Below, in pieces: positions 27,331 to 44,787 of a stretch of DNA of 64,000 bases. The stretch is from contig JABANN010000119.1 of assembly GCA_013115125.1 (NCBI GenBank), positions 1 through 64,000 on the forward strand. Direction: 5' to 3'. Position numbers and translations under genes: made by a program. The DNA comes from Perkinsus olseni (Eukaryota). Under the pieces are notes generated by a model. The model did no database searches. It saw only the letters and a list, made by a program, of their open reading frames with translations, and was not told the origin of the DNA. The first letter of the stretch is position 1. Each line of letters opens with the position of its first letter.

Positions 27331-28949
27331 GCCTCGCAAGATGTCCACCTCTCCGTCAGTCATCGACACGAAGGCTACCCTTGATCCATAACGCTCGACA
27401 AAGATACTCGAGGCGTTGCCCGACCATCCTCCGCAGGGAGCTCTCGACATGGAGTCCAACGTAGGCTAAAACGATGATAAGGGCAGCGGAGGCGAGGTGT
27501 GCTCTCACCACCGAGAAGTGTCCGAATTCCTTCTTCGAAAGCCACCAAGGTTGGGAGCCGTAAGCCCCTCCCTGGCCCAGATCTAGGACACCGCCGACGG
27601 AGCGCGTCACCAGTAGCCGACCTGCAGCATTCATAGCTCATCCGCGGACTGTGATCAGACCTTGGAACTTCCCCTCTCTAGTGTACACAGTTATGTGCCC
27701 CGAAGAGGTGCCAAAGACGTAGAAGGATACGAACCTTACAACAGAGCGTGTCGAGTTAAAGAGGTCGTAATTGATAGCACCTTTCGCGGGCAGTGTAGGT
27801 TGCAGCCGTCACTCGGTACCCTCTTGGCGCATGAACAGAGCACGGCTTGGCCCCCTCAGCAGAGGCGTGGCATTGTTCCGTATCGCCAACCTCTCCTCGG
27901 ACCGCCTCAGAGAGGGACCAGCTGCTCCGTACTGGCAAGAAGGTGTGTACGGCGGCCTGTAGGAGCCGTCCTTGTGCGCTGCTGATTACACTCGCACGAA
28001 GCCTCCAGCTCGGTACTGTCGGCAGTGCGGATGAGAAGGTCATAGATAACGACCCTCTCCTCGTCGGCAGAGACCAGAGCCACGATTCTGATGGTGAAGG
28101 TAGCCCACGATGGTGACACAGCCGTTGCCCACTTCTCCTCGGTGGAGCTGTACACCATCATCGAGTCCACCTTCGACGCGTCAACCTCCACAGTTGTCGA
28201 CGAAAGGACCCGCCCCGAGTAATGATCGACTATCTATCAACAGGTCTCTGTTTTGGAGTTCATACCGCAGCCAACCTTCAAAGTGTTATCAGAGTCAACT
28301 GTGACGAGTACTGAGTCAGGGAGGTCCTGGTCAGCGTTTACTTGAAGCAACCGAGCGTGTAGTACACCAACACCAGCATCAACTGGTCGCGCCTGAGACG
28401 TGCCATCATTCTCACAGCCGAACTCATAATCGACCCTACATTTCGAAGAGGGGGCGGTAGGTCAACTAGAAGGGGATAGTCGGGCTTGTTGGTTGCCAAG
28501 TCCATGACCTGTATCTTCTCTCGCACCCGACCTTCGGATGGGCTAGATCTGGAACGACAATCAGCATATGGGGTCTGTTAGAAGCTAACATGTATCTTGC
28601 GGCTTCCGGGAGGGCCTCTTCCAGTATGGCCCTCATCCTGTCGGACAAGACGACAGGGCCATGCATACCACTTAGTGAGGAGTCTGAACATCAGACGACC
28701 ATCACAATACTGCCCGCGTGCATGGGAAGCCGATGAGGGTACTCAGCGCTTCTAAGGAGCGGCCAAGCTCATATATCAGGTCGTGATCTTTTAGGGAGCC
28801 TCCCACCCCGATCAGGATGAGGGTGAACCACGATAGCAGCAACGGCATAGCGGAGCAAAGGGACCTTTAACCGTTCCAACGACAACGTTGCTTCCTGCAA
28901 AGGTGCTTTCGGTAGTGATACGAGCATCTTGCCGGATCTGCCACGCCCT

Positions 28950-31900
28950 CAAAGCTGTTCAAACACGAGCCTTCTCGGAGTATGATACAGGGTTATGAGA
29001 GTGCTGCAAAGATACTGTCGTTGTTGTCGTTGTCAGTTGTGAAGGACGTGGCAGTTGTCCGGGTCTAGTGCATCGAGTAGTTCTCTCTGCTTTCGCCCTT
29101 TTCAGTTGGAAAATGCTTCGGGCGTGTTGGACCTTCTGGGACCTAAACGTCTCACGAAGCTTTGGTGCCTCGCCCTCGCTCGCAGCTGCATTTGGAGCTC
29201 CTCGACGACAGTCGGAGCTTCCGAGGCCCGGTCACTGCTGCTGGCCTCCGAGGAAGAATCCTGGTAGGAGACAGACTGCACACCCTTCACTCTCATCAAC
29301 GGTGGTGGCAAAGCTACTGGGATTCACCTCATCGTTCGAGCTGTCATCAGCATCACTGGATGGGAGCGTTACGACTACTCGACGGTCCTCCTGAGAAGAA
29401 GTTTCCAGCAACACCGTGGCGTCAACGAGGAGAAGCAACCGACTTCCTCCTTCCTCTGCAGTTCCAGGGCGGCCTTCGCTTTAGCCTCTTGACGACGCCT
29501 ATGACCAAACAGCATCAAACAAGCATAGTAACCTCATCGAATGGCCTACGCTGCTTCGGCCTGCTTACGACGGCGAGAAGCTTGCCTGGCGCTTTTTGCG
29601 AGGTCTGTTGTCTGGGTCGGTGGTCTAGGTGCTGATCAAGCCTCGACCTTCCCGTCCGGTACAGAAGAAAGCTCGAGTTACCTTGAACGCCAAAACTACA
29701 TCTTTGCTCGGGACTTGACGCACGATGGCCTGACAGAGTTGATGCCTTCCTAGTAAGAGGAGAAACCGGACCTCGGTCTGAAGTGCGCAGCTCAGCAGCT
29801 TGCAACTTCCTGGTCACTATCAGCATCCGGTCTTGTAGTTCCTTCTGTGCCTGAGACATCAAATCCCTTACAGCAAGATCTCACCGGCTTCCCCGCTTAC
29901 TTTGTCGTACAAATCAGGTTCACTGGGATCTATCGCTGACAGTAAAGGACGCTCCCGAATGCAAAAGTCGCATGGACTCACCCGTTTTGCTCGCCTTGCG
30001 GAAGAGGCTTTTCCAAGTCAACGCCTTCGACACTACCGACAGCATGCCGAAGCTACTCTTGCTCCTCGACAGAGTCCGTGAGGGCAGGCGAGTGTCCCTT
30101 TGCGGATTGTTGTACCTCACAACGCGACACGCTTTGATCGCAGTGATCGTGGTCCCGATCACAGCAATCCTGGATTCCGAGCACCCAAGATCCGTTTCCA
30201 TCACCAGTCAACAGGCTCACCGCACCTAGATCATCGGGCCCACCTACATGTGCCGCAAGATCCGCGTTGTCTCTGATACATCACTATCCCCTAAGCAGAT
30301 GGGAAAACTTCCAAAGCGGGACTGCAACAAGATCGCTTCACCATCGGACTCCTCGTCTGCCGACTCGCTACGTTCTTGATCGGCCTTAAGCTCTTCAAAG
30401 CGGCCAACCTGCGAGGAAGGTATTCCATGCCGCAGTTCATTATGACGCGTTCTTTCATCACCTCTTTGGTCACGTACTCCTCTTTCGCCTGTACTTCACC
30501 AGCTGTCGTCGCGAATAAGTTTTTTAAGCCTCACAGGACGAGGCACTCACTCCCTCGCAGTCAAGCAAATGGCTTACCAGCTGTGATTTCTTCCTCATTC
30601 CCGTCTGTGTTCGATCTGCTGAGGGGCCTTGAGCCCTGAGCTTGAATGAGATCCAGACTATCCGGCTCGCGCCACCTCTACTTTCTCTCCCGAGTCGTCA
30701 GCTGTAGCGGCCGTGTCTCCCTAGAGAACGCATCGCTATCACGTTTGCTAAGACTACGCACGACCACCTGGGCGACATTCGCGGGTTCCTCCTCAAGTTT
30801 CCGCATCATCTCTTCCGCCTAGGAGCAGTGCGTTGCGGAAGGTGTTCGGCAGCCCTATCGCCCTACCGACTCAGTCAGCTGCTTCGCAAACAGTCGCTTC
30901 GGTCGGGAACCTACGTGAGCACGCCCTCCGCACGATCACTCGCTAAGAGAATATTTATCGTCTTGACCTCCCGGGATCGGTCAAGACTCTCAGATGCCGA
31001 ACGTACCATCCGCATCAACCACGGCTCCTCGCCTACACTGCTCTGGGAAGGCCAGACGACCGGTCTGGATCTGAGCCGCAGGAGCCGATGCGTCCATTCA
31101 TTCAGTGGCGCTCCCATTGTCACCAGCATCCGCTTGCACATCTGATTGACTTTCTTCATTTCCTCAGCTTGCCTGGATGCCTCTGTCTTCGGTTCCAACT
31201 TCTTGCTGGAGCGTCCCGCAGGAGCCTCTCTTACTGTAAGCATTCTACTGCCTGAATAAGGATTCCTGCTCTCACTGAACGGTTTAGTCCGGGGCGCCAC
31301 CGTGCGTTTGCCCGCCGATCCTTCCCTTTGCTGCGGCCGCCGCATCCTGTTGCTCTTCCCTCTGTCGCTTTATTTCCTTTGCTTTCTGTTTCCGCAGCTG
31401 CTTTGATATCTGCGATACCGAACCGAGTTGCATGGGCCACTTCTAATTAAGTTTTGCGCCATCGAGTTCCATCCCATCAACCCACCGCATCCATATGACG
31501 TCTATGGTCGCGTGCCGCTTTCTCTTTCTGTTCTAAGGCTGCTACGACGCTATCAGTCAGCCATGGGCGCTCGGCTGTCCTCTCCCTTGTGAGTGGTTGA
31601 ACTACCAAGTCAAGTTGAAAGTCGGATGATGTCAAGGTGCGCATTACTCCGTGGAGAAGATGCGACCGGGGAAGTTGGTCTGGGTACGTGACGTGTCATC
31701 GTAGGCCAATGGTTCATCTTGAGGTCCTCAATATCTTCCCTTGTCAGCCGCATTTTCGTATCTTCCGCTACCTGCCCATTTCTCTCGACACCTCAAAGAT
31801 ATCCTTATCGCTTTAAGCACTGCGCAGAAGTTGAATCACGCATGTTACGCATTTATGCCGCATTTTCAACACTTCAAGATCTCGTGCTTGTTGCTTCTCG

Positions 31901-31965
31901 TCATCAGTCTCACTAAAGTCTGCGCCGTCTTCGCTGCTCGTCTCAAATTCTGTCGAATGACGCAT
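28950..31965 (-). CDS. Hypothetical charged/coiled-coil protein, multi-exon (boundaries approximate)
   Basis: Successive minus-strand exon-like ORFs (MRHSTEFETSSEDGADF..., SRQAEEMKKVNQMCKRML..., TKEVMKERVIMNCG..., MSQAQKELQDRML...) with short GT-AG gaps. Confidence 0.4.
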
Positions 31966-32948
31966 CGTGAATGACACCCACAACTGGAAAGTGTTGTTAG
32001 GTAGAGGGCCAATCTGTGTATGACAAAGCTGGTAATTCACAGCCAAATCTTGCGGAGTGATAGGTATGGTCGAAAGGGCTGGCCTCTTTTTCAAGCGATC
32101 TGTGAGGATCCGCTAGATCCCACCCGCCTGCGGAGTCAATCTGCCTCAAAAATGCGCATGCAAGAGATTGAGTACCGGCGTAGTCTTTCAAGGTTCTAAT
32201 CTATTGATGGAACGAATTTACTACGGTTGAACGTCGTTGGTACGGCGGAACAGATGGATTCAATAAGTTCGAAAACTCTGTGAACCTTCTAGCACTTCTG
32301 TGTGTGGTGGAACACGAGGGTTCCTCGAAAAATGCACCCGCATTAGTGGAGCAGTTCCCCCAGTCTCGGAATCACGATAGGGAGAGCATAGAGGATGCAC
32401 ATACTCCGGTCTTTTCCCAGTAGACCTGCCCAAGCATGTGTACTCGGTTGTCTACTATGCCCTCTGCCTGGGAGCAGAGCCGTAACGTCCGGTGACTCTC
32501 TTTTGACTGTGAAGTCTGCCTCTGTGGCCAGACTTCTATTTATTTCTTCGACGCATCGTCAGCGTGCCTAACACTACTGTTCGGTAGGGTACCAGAGGCC
32601 GCCAAACTCTGTGTCCACAACGGACCAAGGCAGCGGCCTCTGGTGTCCTACCTCAACATCCAGGGTGCGGAGGGCTGGGTTCAGCTCACATCCGCGAGTA
32701 CAACCATCGGTGATTCTACAGTTCCTTATGCTTACAGTCTAATAGCTCTAGCGTTATTGAAGCACCTGATGGCAGGCTCCACGCACATTTCCTCTGCTTG
32801 CGTGAAGTTCACTCCCGCTGATCCTCCTGTGAGAGGATTGCTACCACGACTCGAACAAACAGAGCGATGCAAGTATTGAAAGTTCCGTAACAGCCACCAA
32901 GTGATATTCATCTTCACGAAAGAGAGGGCGAATGCGACGAAGCGCGAC

Positions 32949-34336
32949 CTAGACGGAGTGAGCTGGCTCTCCGCGCATAATAGCTTTGCTAATCTGAGTA
33001 AAGGGGCAACGGTCTCATCGTCACCTACAAGCGACTACGTGAGAATCTGAGACGATGCCTGTGAAATTGAACGAATCTGACTCACCTGCGAGAAGGCTAC
33101 GCCTTCAGCTAGCTTTGCATACCTGAGGAGACTACTGCACCGAAATCCAGGCCAGGTATTCTAGGCCACTCAAGAAAGAGAGTCAGTGCAGAGGATCTCG
33201 GATTCGTTGAACGCTTACACTTTAATAAAATAGTCAGGGGGCATGATAGTAGCCTTCACCTCGTCAACTGCGGACATACGATCATACCAATCGAATAGTT
33301 TCCCCAGCTGCGGTTGGGACTCACGGCTCAGGTCGAGCGTTCCACCTGAAGAGGGCGACGTGAGTCACGTGACAAGTAACTCCAGAGCAAGTGAGACCGA
33401 AGTGACCGAAGCAAGTGCGTCTCTGGTATCAAACGGTTGACGGATTGCGCCACCTTTGTAGTGACCAAGAAGGAATGACCTCTGGATCCAAGGATAAATC
33501 GTAACATCGACCAGACTCATCTCCGGGCCGTTAAAGAATGGCCCTCTCATCTGAAGAGAGTTCAGAATGGAGAAAATAGCTCAGATGGGACGCAGATCGT
33601 CACCTCGGCAACGAACTTCTCAGCCCCTGCCACCATCTTGTCGAATTCTGCCTTATCGTTCCGCATCAACACCGCATAGAATGGCGAAGCGATGTTCTCG
33701 TTGTACAAGGAGGCCGCTTTGACGATACGCTGTCTACCAGAATGAGAAGGGAGAAAGTGACAGCCAGGTTTCAAGGAACATGCTGAGGATAGAGGAACCG
33801 ACGAGTCACTTCTCAGCAGTATCATCTCGAGGTAGCAGAGGCGTCCCTTTCAATCCGAACTTGGCAGCCAAATCGTCGATGTACTCCACCATGGCCAACG
33901 ACTGGGTTACCTGCACAAAGCAACACGGCGTTCTCAGTGTGGTGCCATACAGTGCACCAGCGTACAACTTCCTCACGCCCATCCGGCCAATTGACAACTA
34001 AAGTTGGGATAAGGCCTTTAGGGTTCTTTTCTACCAGGAGGGGATGCTTTTCATACTTCACACCAGCCGCAGGCGAGCTCATGCCCTCGATGGGCTCGTA
34101 GGGCATCTGTTAGAAATCTCAACGAGCACAGGCATCGCGTGCGGAAGCGGATTCAACCGATCGAATCGTGTTGAGGGAGCAGCAGCGGAGCTGACTCTGG
34201 GTGAAGGACGATCTCTCAGTCCGGCCTGTCCCACCTTGAACCAGTCCAGAGCAATACGGGCTCGCTGGGAGAAGGGAGAAAAGTCGGACGTTAGAAAACG
34301 CAGACGAGGGAATCCATTGATTTCGGTAGCAGTCAT
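32949..34336 (-). CDS. Glutathione S-transferase, omega-like fold, Ser active site (copy 1)
   Basis: MTATEINGFPRLRFLTSDFSPFSQRARIAL, NPKGLIPTL, QSLAMVEYIDD, GPFFNGPEMSLVDVTIYPWIQR, last exon ...GEPAHSV*. Confidence 0.88.
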
Positions 34337-35446
34337 CGTTCCAAAGTAGGTATCAAGAAGCCCTGATCGGAACACCGTAAGACGTAGCAGCTCGTACTGA
34401 GTTCAGCCGCTCCTCGATCGAGGAACAGAATGCAACATCCAAGGCCTAGCGGAGTCGAGTTCGAAAACCCCGACAAAGAAAGGTGTTCCACCGGTCTTTC
34501 GAGCAGGCGCCAGAGCGGGAGTTGAGGCTCCACCAACAACATCTTTTAGGCACATCTTGAGTTGGCAATGGTACGTGCTCGGCGAGTTTATTTAAACACT
34601 GTGAAGAAGGCGCGTAGAGGCCGTGTGTATGCGTGCAGGTGCGTGGGCAGCAGCAAAGCTAGTAGTGGGACAGGGGCGCCTCCTGAGAGGATACCCCTGG
34701 CGTAATCATACATCGAGGCGAAGTACTCCGCAGAAAACTCGGCTCATGGCAGCGCAATATCGTTCAATAACAACGCTAACAAGAGCTCGCTTGTCTTTCA
34801 TGTCGACCCTCATTTCCCTTGCTAGACTATCAATTCTTCAGTCTAGTGATGCCCGTGAAGTTAGACAGGGGCGCGCTGGAGACTTCGTTCAACTTATTCC
34901 CGCCGTCAGCCGTACAGTAACGGAGGGGGTCTCGGGAACCTGACGAAAGGTGGGGTATATGCATGTTTCGTCGAACACGCAGTAGCAAACTGCAAGAACC
35001 GAGCAAGCTCGACTTAAGAGCCGAGCGACTCTTCGATGGGTCAGCTTCAACGGCTCGAACGTCGCGAGAGGTCAGCAGCTCGCTACTATCACGCCTCGAC
35101 GGAAAAGTTTAACACAAGGGAGGAAGCGCCTTCCCCGATGGTGACTTCATATTGTCACCATCGACTGTAATCAAGATGAGTGTCTCTGAATGGAAAGGAT
35201 GCCCCTCATCTATGCAAGTGTCTTCACTCCTAACAGCTCCATAAACGGATAGTCCTGCTAGCCGCATCGGATACTTTCGTGATGCTTGCGCCGGCATTGG
35301 GTCGACCGGGTGATCTACGTTCCCCGAGGCATCATCATGACTTAGACGAACACGGCAACAAGTGGTATTGGAAAAATCGATCACCTTCGACAACAGATGA
35401 GATGGTTTCTAGGCACCAAACACGAGTGAATGCGACAAAGCGCGCC

Positions 35447-36977
35447 CTAGACTGAGTGAGCTGGCTCTCCCTTCATCACAGCTTGGCCAACCTGAGAGCA
35501 TGAGCGACAACCCCAGCCTCGCAAAAGAACGACTGAAGCAGCGACTACGTGTGATGCTTGGACCCTCGTCGCGAGGTATTTTAGCGGCTCTGGCTTACCT
35601 TCGAGGACGCCTTGCCGGAGGCATACCTCTCATATCTGAGGGAAGAGGCTCACACGAAGTTCCGATTCCGGTCTGGACCAGTTGTTCAGAAGGCACGCAG
35701 CGTCGCACGGCCGAGAGAAGCCACGAAGTTTCTGGGCGATCGTGTATTGCAGTGACGATAGATCAGTGTAAGATACATAGACCAGATATTGAGTATGGGT
35801 ACCCTCACAGGGCCGAAGTAAGGATACTTGATTGTCCGCTACCGCAAGGCAAAAGCAGTGGGAGACTTACGCCTTGATGTAGTATTCAGGAGGCATGTCA
35901 GTAGTCTTCACCGCGTCGGCTGCGGACATACGATCAAGCCAGTCAAATAGCTTACTCAGCTGCGGCTGGGATCCACGGCTTAGGGTGAATATCGGATCTA
36001 GACACGGTTAAACGCTGAGACTAGTGAATTAAGAGAATTCGAACGAGGGCTGGGCTCGTGTATTGATGACGACTCGCATCACCTTTGTAGTGACCCAGTA
36101 GGAATGACCTCTGAATCCAAGGGTAAGCAGCAATATCGACCAGACACATCTCCGGGCCATTGAAGAAGGGCCCTCTCATCTGAAGGGAGCTTAAACCGGA
36201 GAGAATAGCTCCGACGGCAGGCAGATCGTCACCTCGGCAACGAACTTCTCAGCCCCCGCCACTATCTTTTCGAATTCTGTCTTATCGCCCCGCATCAACA
36301 CCGCATAGAATGGCGAAGTGATGTTCTCGTTGTAAAAGGAGGCCGCTTTGAGGATACGCTGCCTAACAGCGAAGAAGGGCTGCCTTACAGCTAGGATTCA
36401 ACGAACAGGCTGGTAGTGGAGGACTAGACGAGTCACCTCTCTGCAGTATCATCTCGAGGTAATAGTGGCGTCCCTTTCAATCCGAACTTGGCAGCCAAAT
36501 CGTCGATGTACTCCACAACCACAAGAGACTCGGTGACCTCGAAAATGGAACGCGCAGGTCTCCTCTTGCTCCCTCAATACGTATACACGGGTTTGCTTAC
36601 AACTTCTTCGCGCCCATCAGGCCAGTTGACAACCAAAGTGGGAACGAGTCCCTTTGGATTCTTCTCGAGCAAGAGGGGATGCTTCTCGTAATTCGCAGCA
36701 CCCTCAGGCAGGCTCAAAGCCTCGATCTTCTCGTATGGCATCTACGGTAGAGCAACTCGAACACTCGGCTCAACAAACCAGAGTGTGGACTGGACAACCC
36801 GACCAAGCCAGAGCATCTTGCCAGAGGAGAAGAGACACCCTCGTGAAGCCGGATGATCGTCCGGAGACGCCTCACCTTGAACCATTCCAGGGCGATACGG
36901 GCTCGCTGGGCGAAAGGACAGAAGTCGGACGTTAGAAAACGGAGACGAGGAAATCCTTCGATCCCAGTGGCAGTCAT
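35447..36977 (-). CDS. Glutathione S-transferase, omega-like, Cys active site (copy 2)
   Basis: MTATGIEGFPRLRFLTSDFCPFAQRARIAL, NPKGLVPTL, ESLVVVEYIDD, GPFFNGPEMCLVDIAAYPWIQR, last exon ...GEPAHSV*; same exon structure as copy 1. Confidence 0.88.
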
Positions 36978-39900
36978 CTTTCGAATAAAGAGACAAATTA
37001 GTGCCCGAACTGAGATAGATAACGCGGGGTGCCCGCGAGACAACGTCAGGGAAGAGAAAGCTCGACGAAGACTGCAGTGTCGAGGAGAGTTGAAAACTGC
37101 ATCACAAGTCGCCGCCGTACTACAGAACGATTGACCGAGCCAACGAATACTACCGAAAGAGGGGGGAATTTCAAGCGCAATCTGAACCCCAGATTCCGAA
37201 GCGTTTTTGCGTGCACATGACCACAAGTGGCGACGCCACTGTGGCGTCGACTGGCGGGCGCCGCCTACTAGGCATTGTCCCGGCGCTCCAGGTGACCGTT
37301 GTGAGCATAGCGGTTACTGTTGTGAACCGCTGCCACTTTACGATGACGCTGCCTTCATATGGGTCGCAACTACTACTGCGGCACGCCAACGAAGAATGGT
37401 GTCTTCAGCCTTCTCCCGTTCTCGCTGTTACCTGGCCTCACCTGCTGTTGATGCGTCGCTGTTATCGACAGTGGAAATAGCCTTCGGAGCAAACCTCGCG
37501 ATCAGACGGATGGCGCTGCGCTAAGTTCGCCTGGATACCTTTGCACGCGCGCCCAATGACTGTCGCGGGGCTTATGTACTCACTGATCCAACAGCTAGTA
37601 GCCCCTATGGTTTCAGCCGCTCACCAGCAGAAGGGTATCTCTGCTGCATTCGTGTCAATCTCATTCGACCAATCAGCGATGCTTGTCCGCCTCATAGTAT
37701 CGTCGATCGAGATAGACAGTTGCACGCGCGCGCTCAAACTTTGGTTGAACTGTCTCGGGAATGACTACTGTGGACCGATACCAGAGATGTTAGAGATTAT
37801 GCTGGTATTGATACTCCGGGGACTCCGCTAGTATCACTTAAAGATTCGATCATAGGTAGGGTCCCGACAGGTATCATAGGATTAGTCCATGGTATGAGGG
37901 CTCTCGGGCGGGACCCAAAGATTTAGGACGAGCTTGTGGGAACTTTGTAACTTCTCAACCACTGCCTTGTTCCTGGGGCCTATTTCAAAAGTCTCCTTAA
38001 AGAGGACTTCTTGAAGTTCTTAAGCGTGAAACGGCGGGATTTTGTCGCTTAAGAAGCTTAACCTCCTCGATAGCAGGTTATGGGGGGATTTTTCCGCCTT
38101 TGAGCCGAAATTTCGACATCGCGACGACTTGAAAGACACTTGCACGCTCCCGACTTAGCGATAATTCAATATCTACCTTCAACTTGCTTCCTCCTTCGAT
38201 CTTAATCCTTCTTTCCCAGTTCAATGAAGTTCAACGCCTCAATGAATTCACGCGGTTTCCAACGCGGGTTCAATTCCCAGCCAGGACACCTATTCTTTTG
38301 AGTACAACACCGTCGACCGAATCATGGCCAGCGACCTCATCCCAGCGATCCTTGGCATTGTCATCGCTGCTCAATTGATCCTGCTGTCTTTTATCGTACG
38401 TTATTGGGGAGAAGTTTTCAGGCAAGGCTTCCCTCACGGCTGCCATGTCAGATATATCGCCTGCAAAAACCCCGCATGTCCTCTCGGCCACCGTCTAGTA
38501 CGTATAGTGGCGCAGCTCATGTCCTTCACGGGAAAACCATGGTGCTTACCCCTCTCACGATTGTTACGTCGACTCTCACTTTATTTTCAGACTTACGAGG
38601 CTAAGATGGCAACCCTTTCGAACGATGAGGATCCAGTGAAGTGCGAACCATTCCCCGCCGCTATCTTCTCACTGCTGTTGCGCGCTTCAGATCTACCGCG
38701 CCCCAACCCTGTACAATATGTTTGTCTCCGTACGATCTTTCTGAAATGGTCATGGAGCTGGGATGTGGACATTTTTACCACGACGACTGTATCCGCAAGT
38801 GAGTTTATAATCCTTTCCATGTCGAATACATCGATCATTGTCGTTCTTGTTTGCTCGCCTAATTTGTCACCGGTAGGTGGTTCAACGAGGCTCCAAATCA
38901 CCAATGCCCATATTGCCGTACAAGTTGTGGTGCTCCTCCGAACGAAGATGACGGCAAGCTCTCGTTAGACGGGACTGCCTCTTGTGCCAGTAGCATGCCT
39001 TACTATCACAGATGATGGTTTTCTGCCCCGAACATAGTCGTCTCAGAGGACGCATAGTCAGCGCCGATTCTCTCACACAGTCATAATATATGTAAAATAT
39101 TTATCTCTCTCTTTCGTGTATCAACTTTATACTCGGGAGCAGATTAGCGCTTGGTAGAACATTCGATAATTATATATCGCATCTCGCTAATCCCGCCTCC
39201 CTCAAGTACGACCGTCCAAGTCCTATCGATCGCGGACGAGTCTAACTGGGCTAGTGTCACTAGGTCACTATACTTTATAATTGTTGAGTCCGCCTGTACT
39301 CTTGGCGTAGACGCCTGTCCGCACACACAGATTCAGCATCACAGTGATGGTGTTCTCACTTCGACCCGCGGTGCGAAAGCCGTCTTTTTCGTACTATTTT
39401 CTTTGTCACATCCGCCCTTATTGCTGCAGAATTATTATCGAGGAGCTGAAGTACTAGTCCAACCTGACTTTCGCCCGCTTTTTGCTTGTGATCATTTCAC
39501 TTTATTCGTCAGAACGACTTTTTTCCTGGCCAGGGTAGTAGTATCAGAGGAAGGCCCGCTTGTCGCCGTTAATTGATAGCAGCTCGCGAGGCCCACTCCC
39601 TTGGTAAGAAGTTTCTTATAGATGACCCGAGCTTGCTACTTATTGCTAGACCCGCGATTCGAGCTTCAGGCTCTGTTTTATGCGGTCCATTCGGTATTAT
39701 CGTTACGAGGTGTTATCATATGATCCTCGCTTCACTCGTCTTGTCTTGTGTTGTTTGCAAGTGAGAGAATGCTGAACATATCTATGCCGGAGTCTCACCT
39801 AACTTCTCTCGTGGATTATATGAAAGACCCCTCGACTGGGACTACATTTGGAATGCCGCCAGCCGCAATTCTTGCGTCTTTGCAAAGTTAGAATTCCTGG

Positions 39901-40285
39901 TCCGCTTGGCAATCCGCTGCTGCGTGCTGAGGACGCCCTTCCTCGGCGAGCATGAGGGAAAAGTTAATGTCGTCTGCAGCGCGCGATGATTAGGGTGGCT
40001 GCGAAAACGCTCGTTCGGCGCAGTGTAGTTGTGCAAGTGCACACCTGTGGAACCTTAGCTCAGCTCCATACTAGTGAATGACTTCATCGGTCTCTTTGTA
40101 GACAGTGTCTCAGGATTTCACTTCACATAAACCTCTTGCCGCAATACTCGCGTTCCCCATGGAAAGCACACAGACGATCATCCATCTAGCTCTGCGGTGG
40201 TAGGTTGTGTTCCAAGTATTATTAATCTCTCGTGACTGAAGATTTACTTGAACCTGTGCGAACAGTCAAGTGTATTGCGAGAAGA

Positions 40286-40330
<45 letters not shown>
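40286..40330. repeat. (TAG)15 microsatellite
   Basis: Perfect tagtagtag run. Confidence 0.97.
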
Positions 40331-40369
40331 CACTGCCTCCGACGACGACGTTAGTTCCTCTAGTTACAT

Positions 40370-44048
<3,679 letters not shown>

Positions 44049-44787
44049 TAGAGCATGGTTACTTTCTTTCCATCTCAACATATTGTGTCGGTCCGAGTCC
44101 TCGAAAGTCCTAGAATCAATACCCATCTCAATTCATGGGACCAGATTTTCGGGGTAACCACACTACAACGTAGTGACTACGAACACAACACTCCTTGCAG
44201 TTGATGGAGGAGGTTCCGCATATTAAACCCTCACTAACAGGAACTTCCCTTGCGCGCTACTCTTCCTCATGGAGTACTCCGTGGAGGGTATCAGTTGATG
44301 CATTGTCCTTGCCATCCGGTATCACACTCATCAGCCTATAGTGTGTGTGTCTGTAGCCGAACAGCGTTCACGGCTAGCCAATCTCTGTATGATGTACTGA
44401 GTTGGGAGTCCCTCAGCAGTTATCAGATGCCTTGGCAGGCTTCAACAGGCCCTTTTCTCATGGAGTTTATCTATATAGTGCGGAGTGTCGCTGTCCACCT
44501 CGCAAGTCGTTCGGAATGGCTCGCATCCAAGGATACGCTCGCGTTCTCCGCTTCGTAATGCAACCGCGGGTGAGACGCCCTCGTAGGGTAGATCACAACT
44601 CCTTGCCATCTGCTGGCACCGATTCGTCAACCGCACTATGATAGAACGGCGTTGTGGCATTTGAGTGGCGCAGCGATACTCAACCCCTCATTATGAACTG
44701 TTTGAGAGTTTCCAATCTACATCGTCACTAACGACTCAACAATTGAAGAGAATAGAAACCAGACGTTAATAATACGATAAGCCGCTA

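Noticed and set aside
32925-32985. Block repeated at ~35428-35470 as a conserved non-coding element
   Set aside because: Explained by the last coding exon (GEPAHSV*) and adjacent 3' UTR of the duplicated GST genes.
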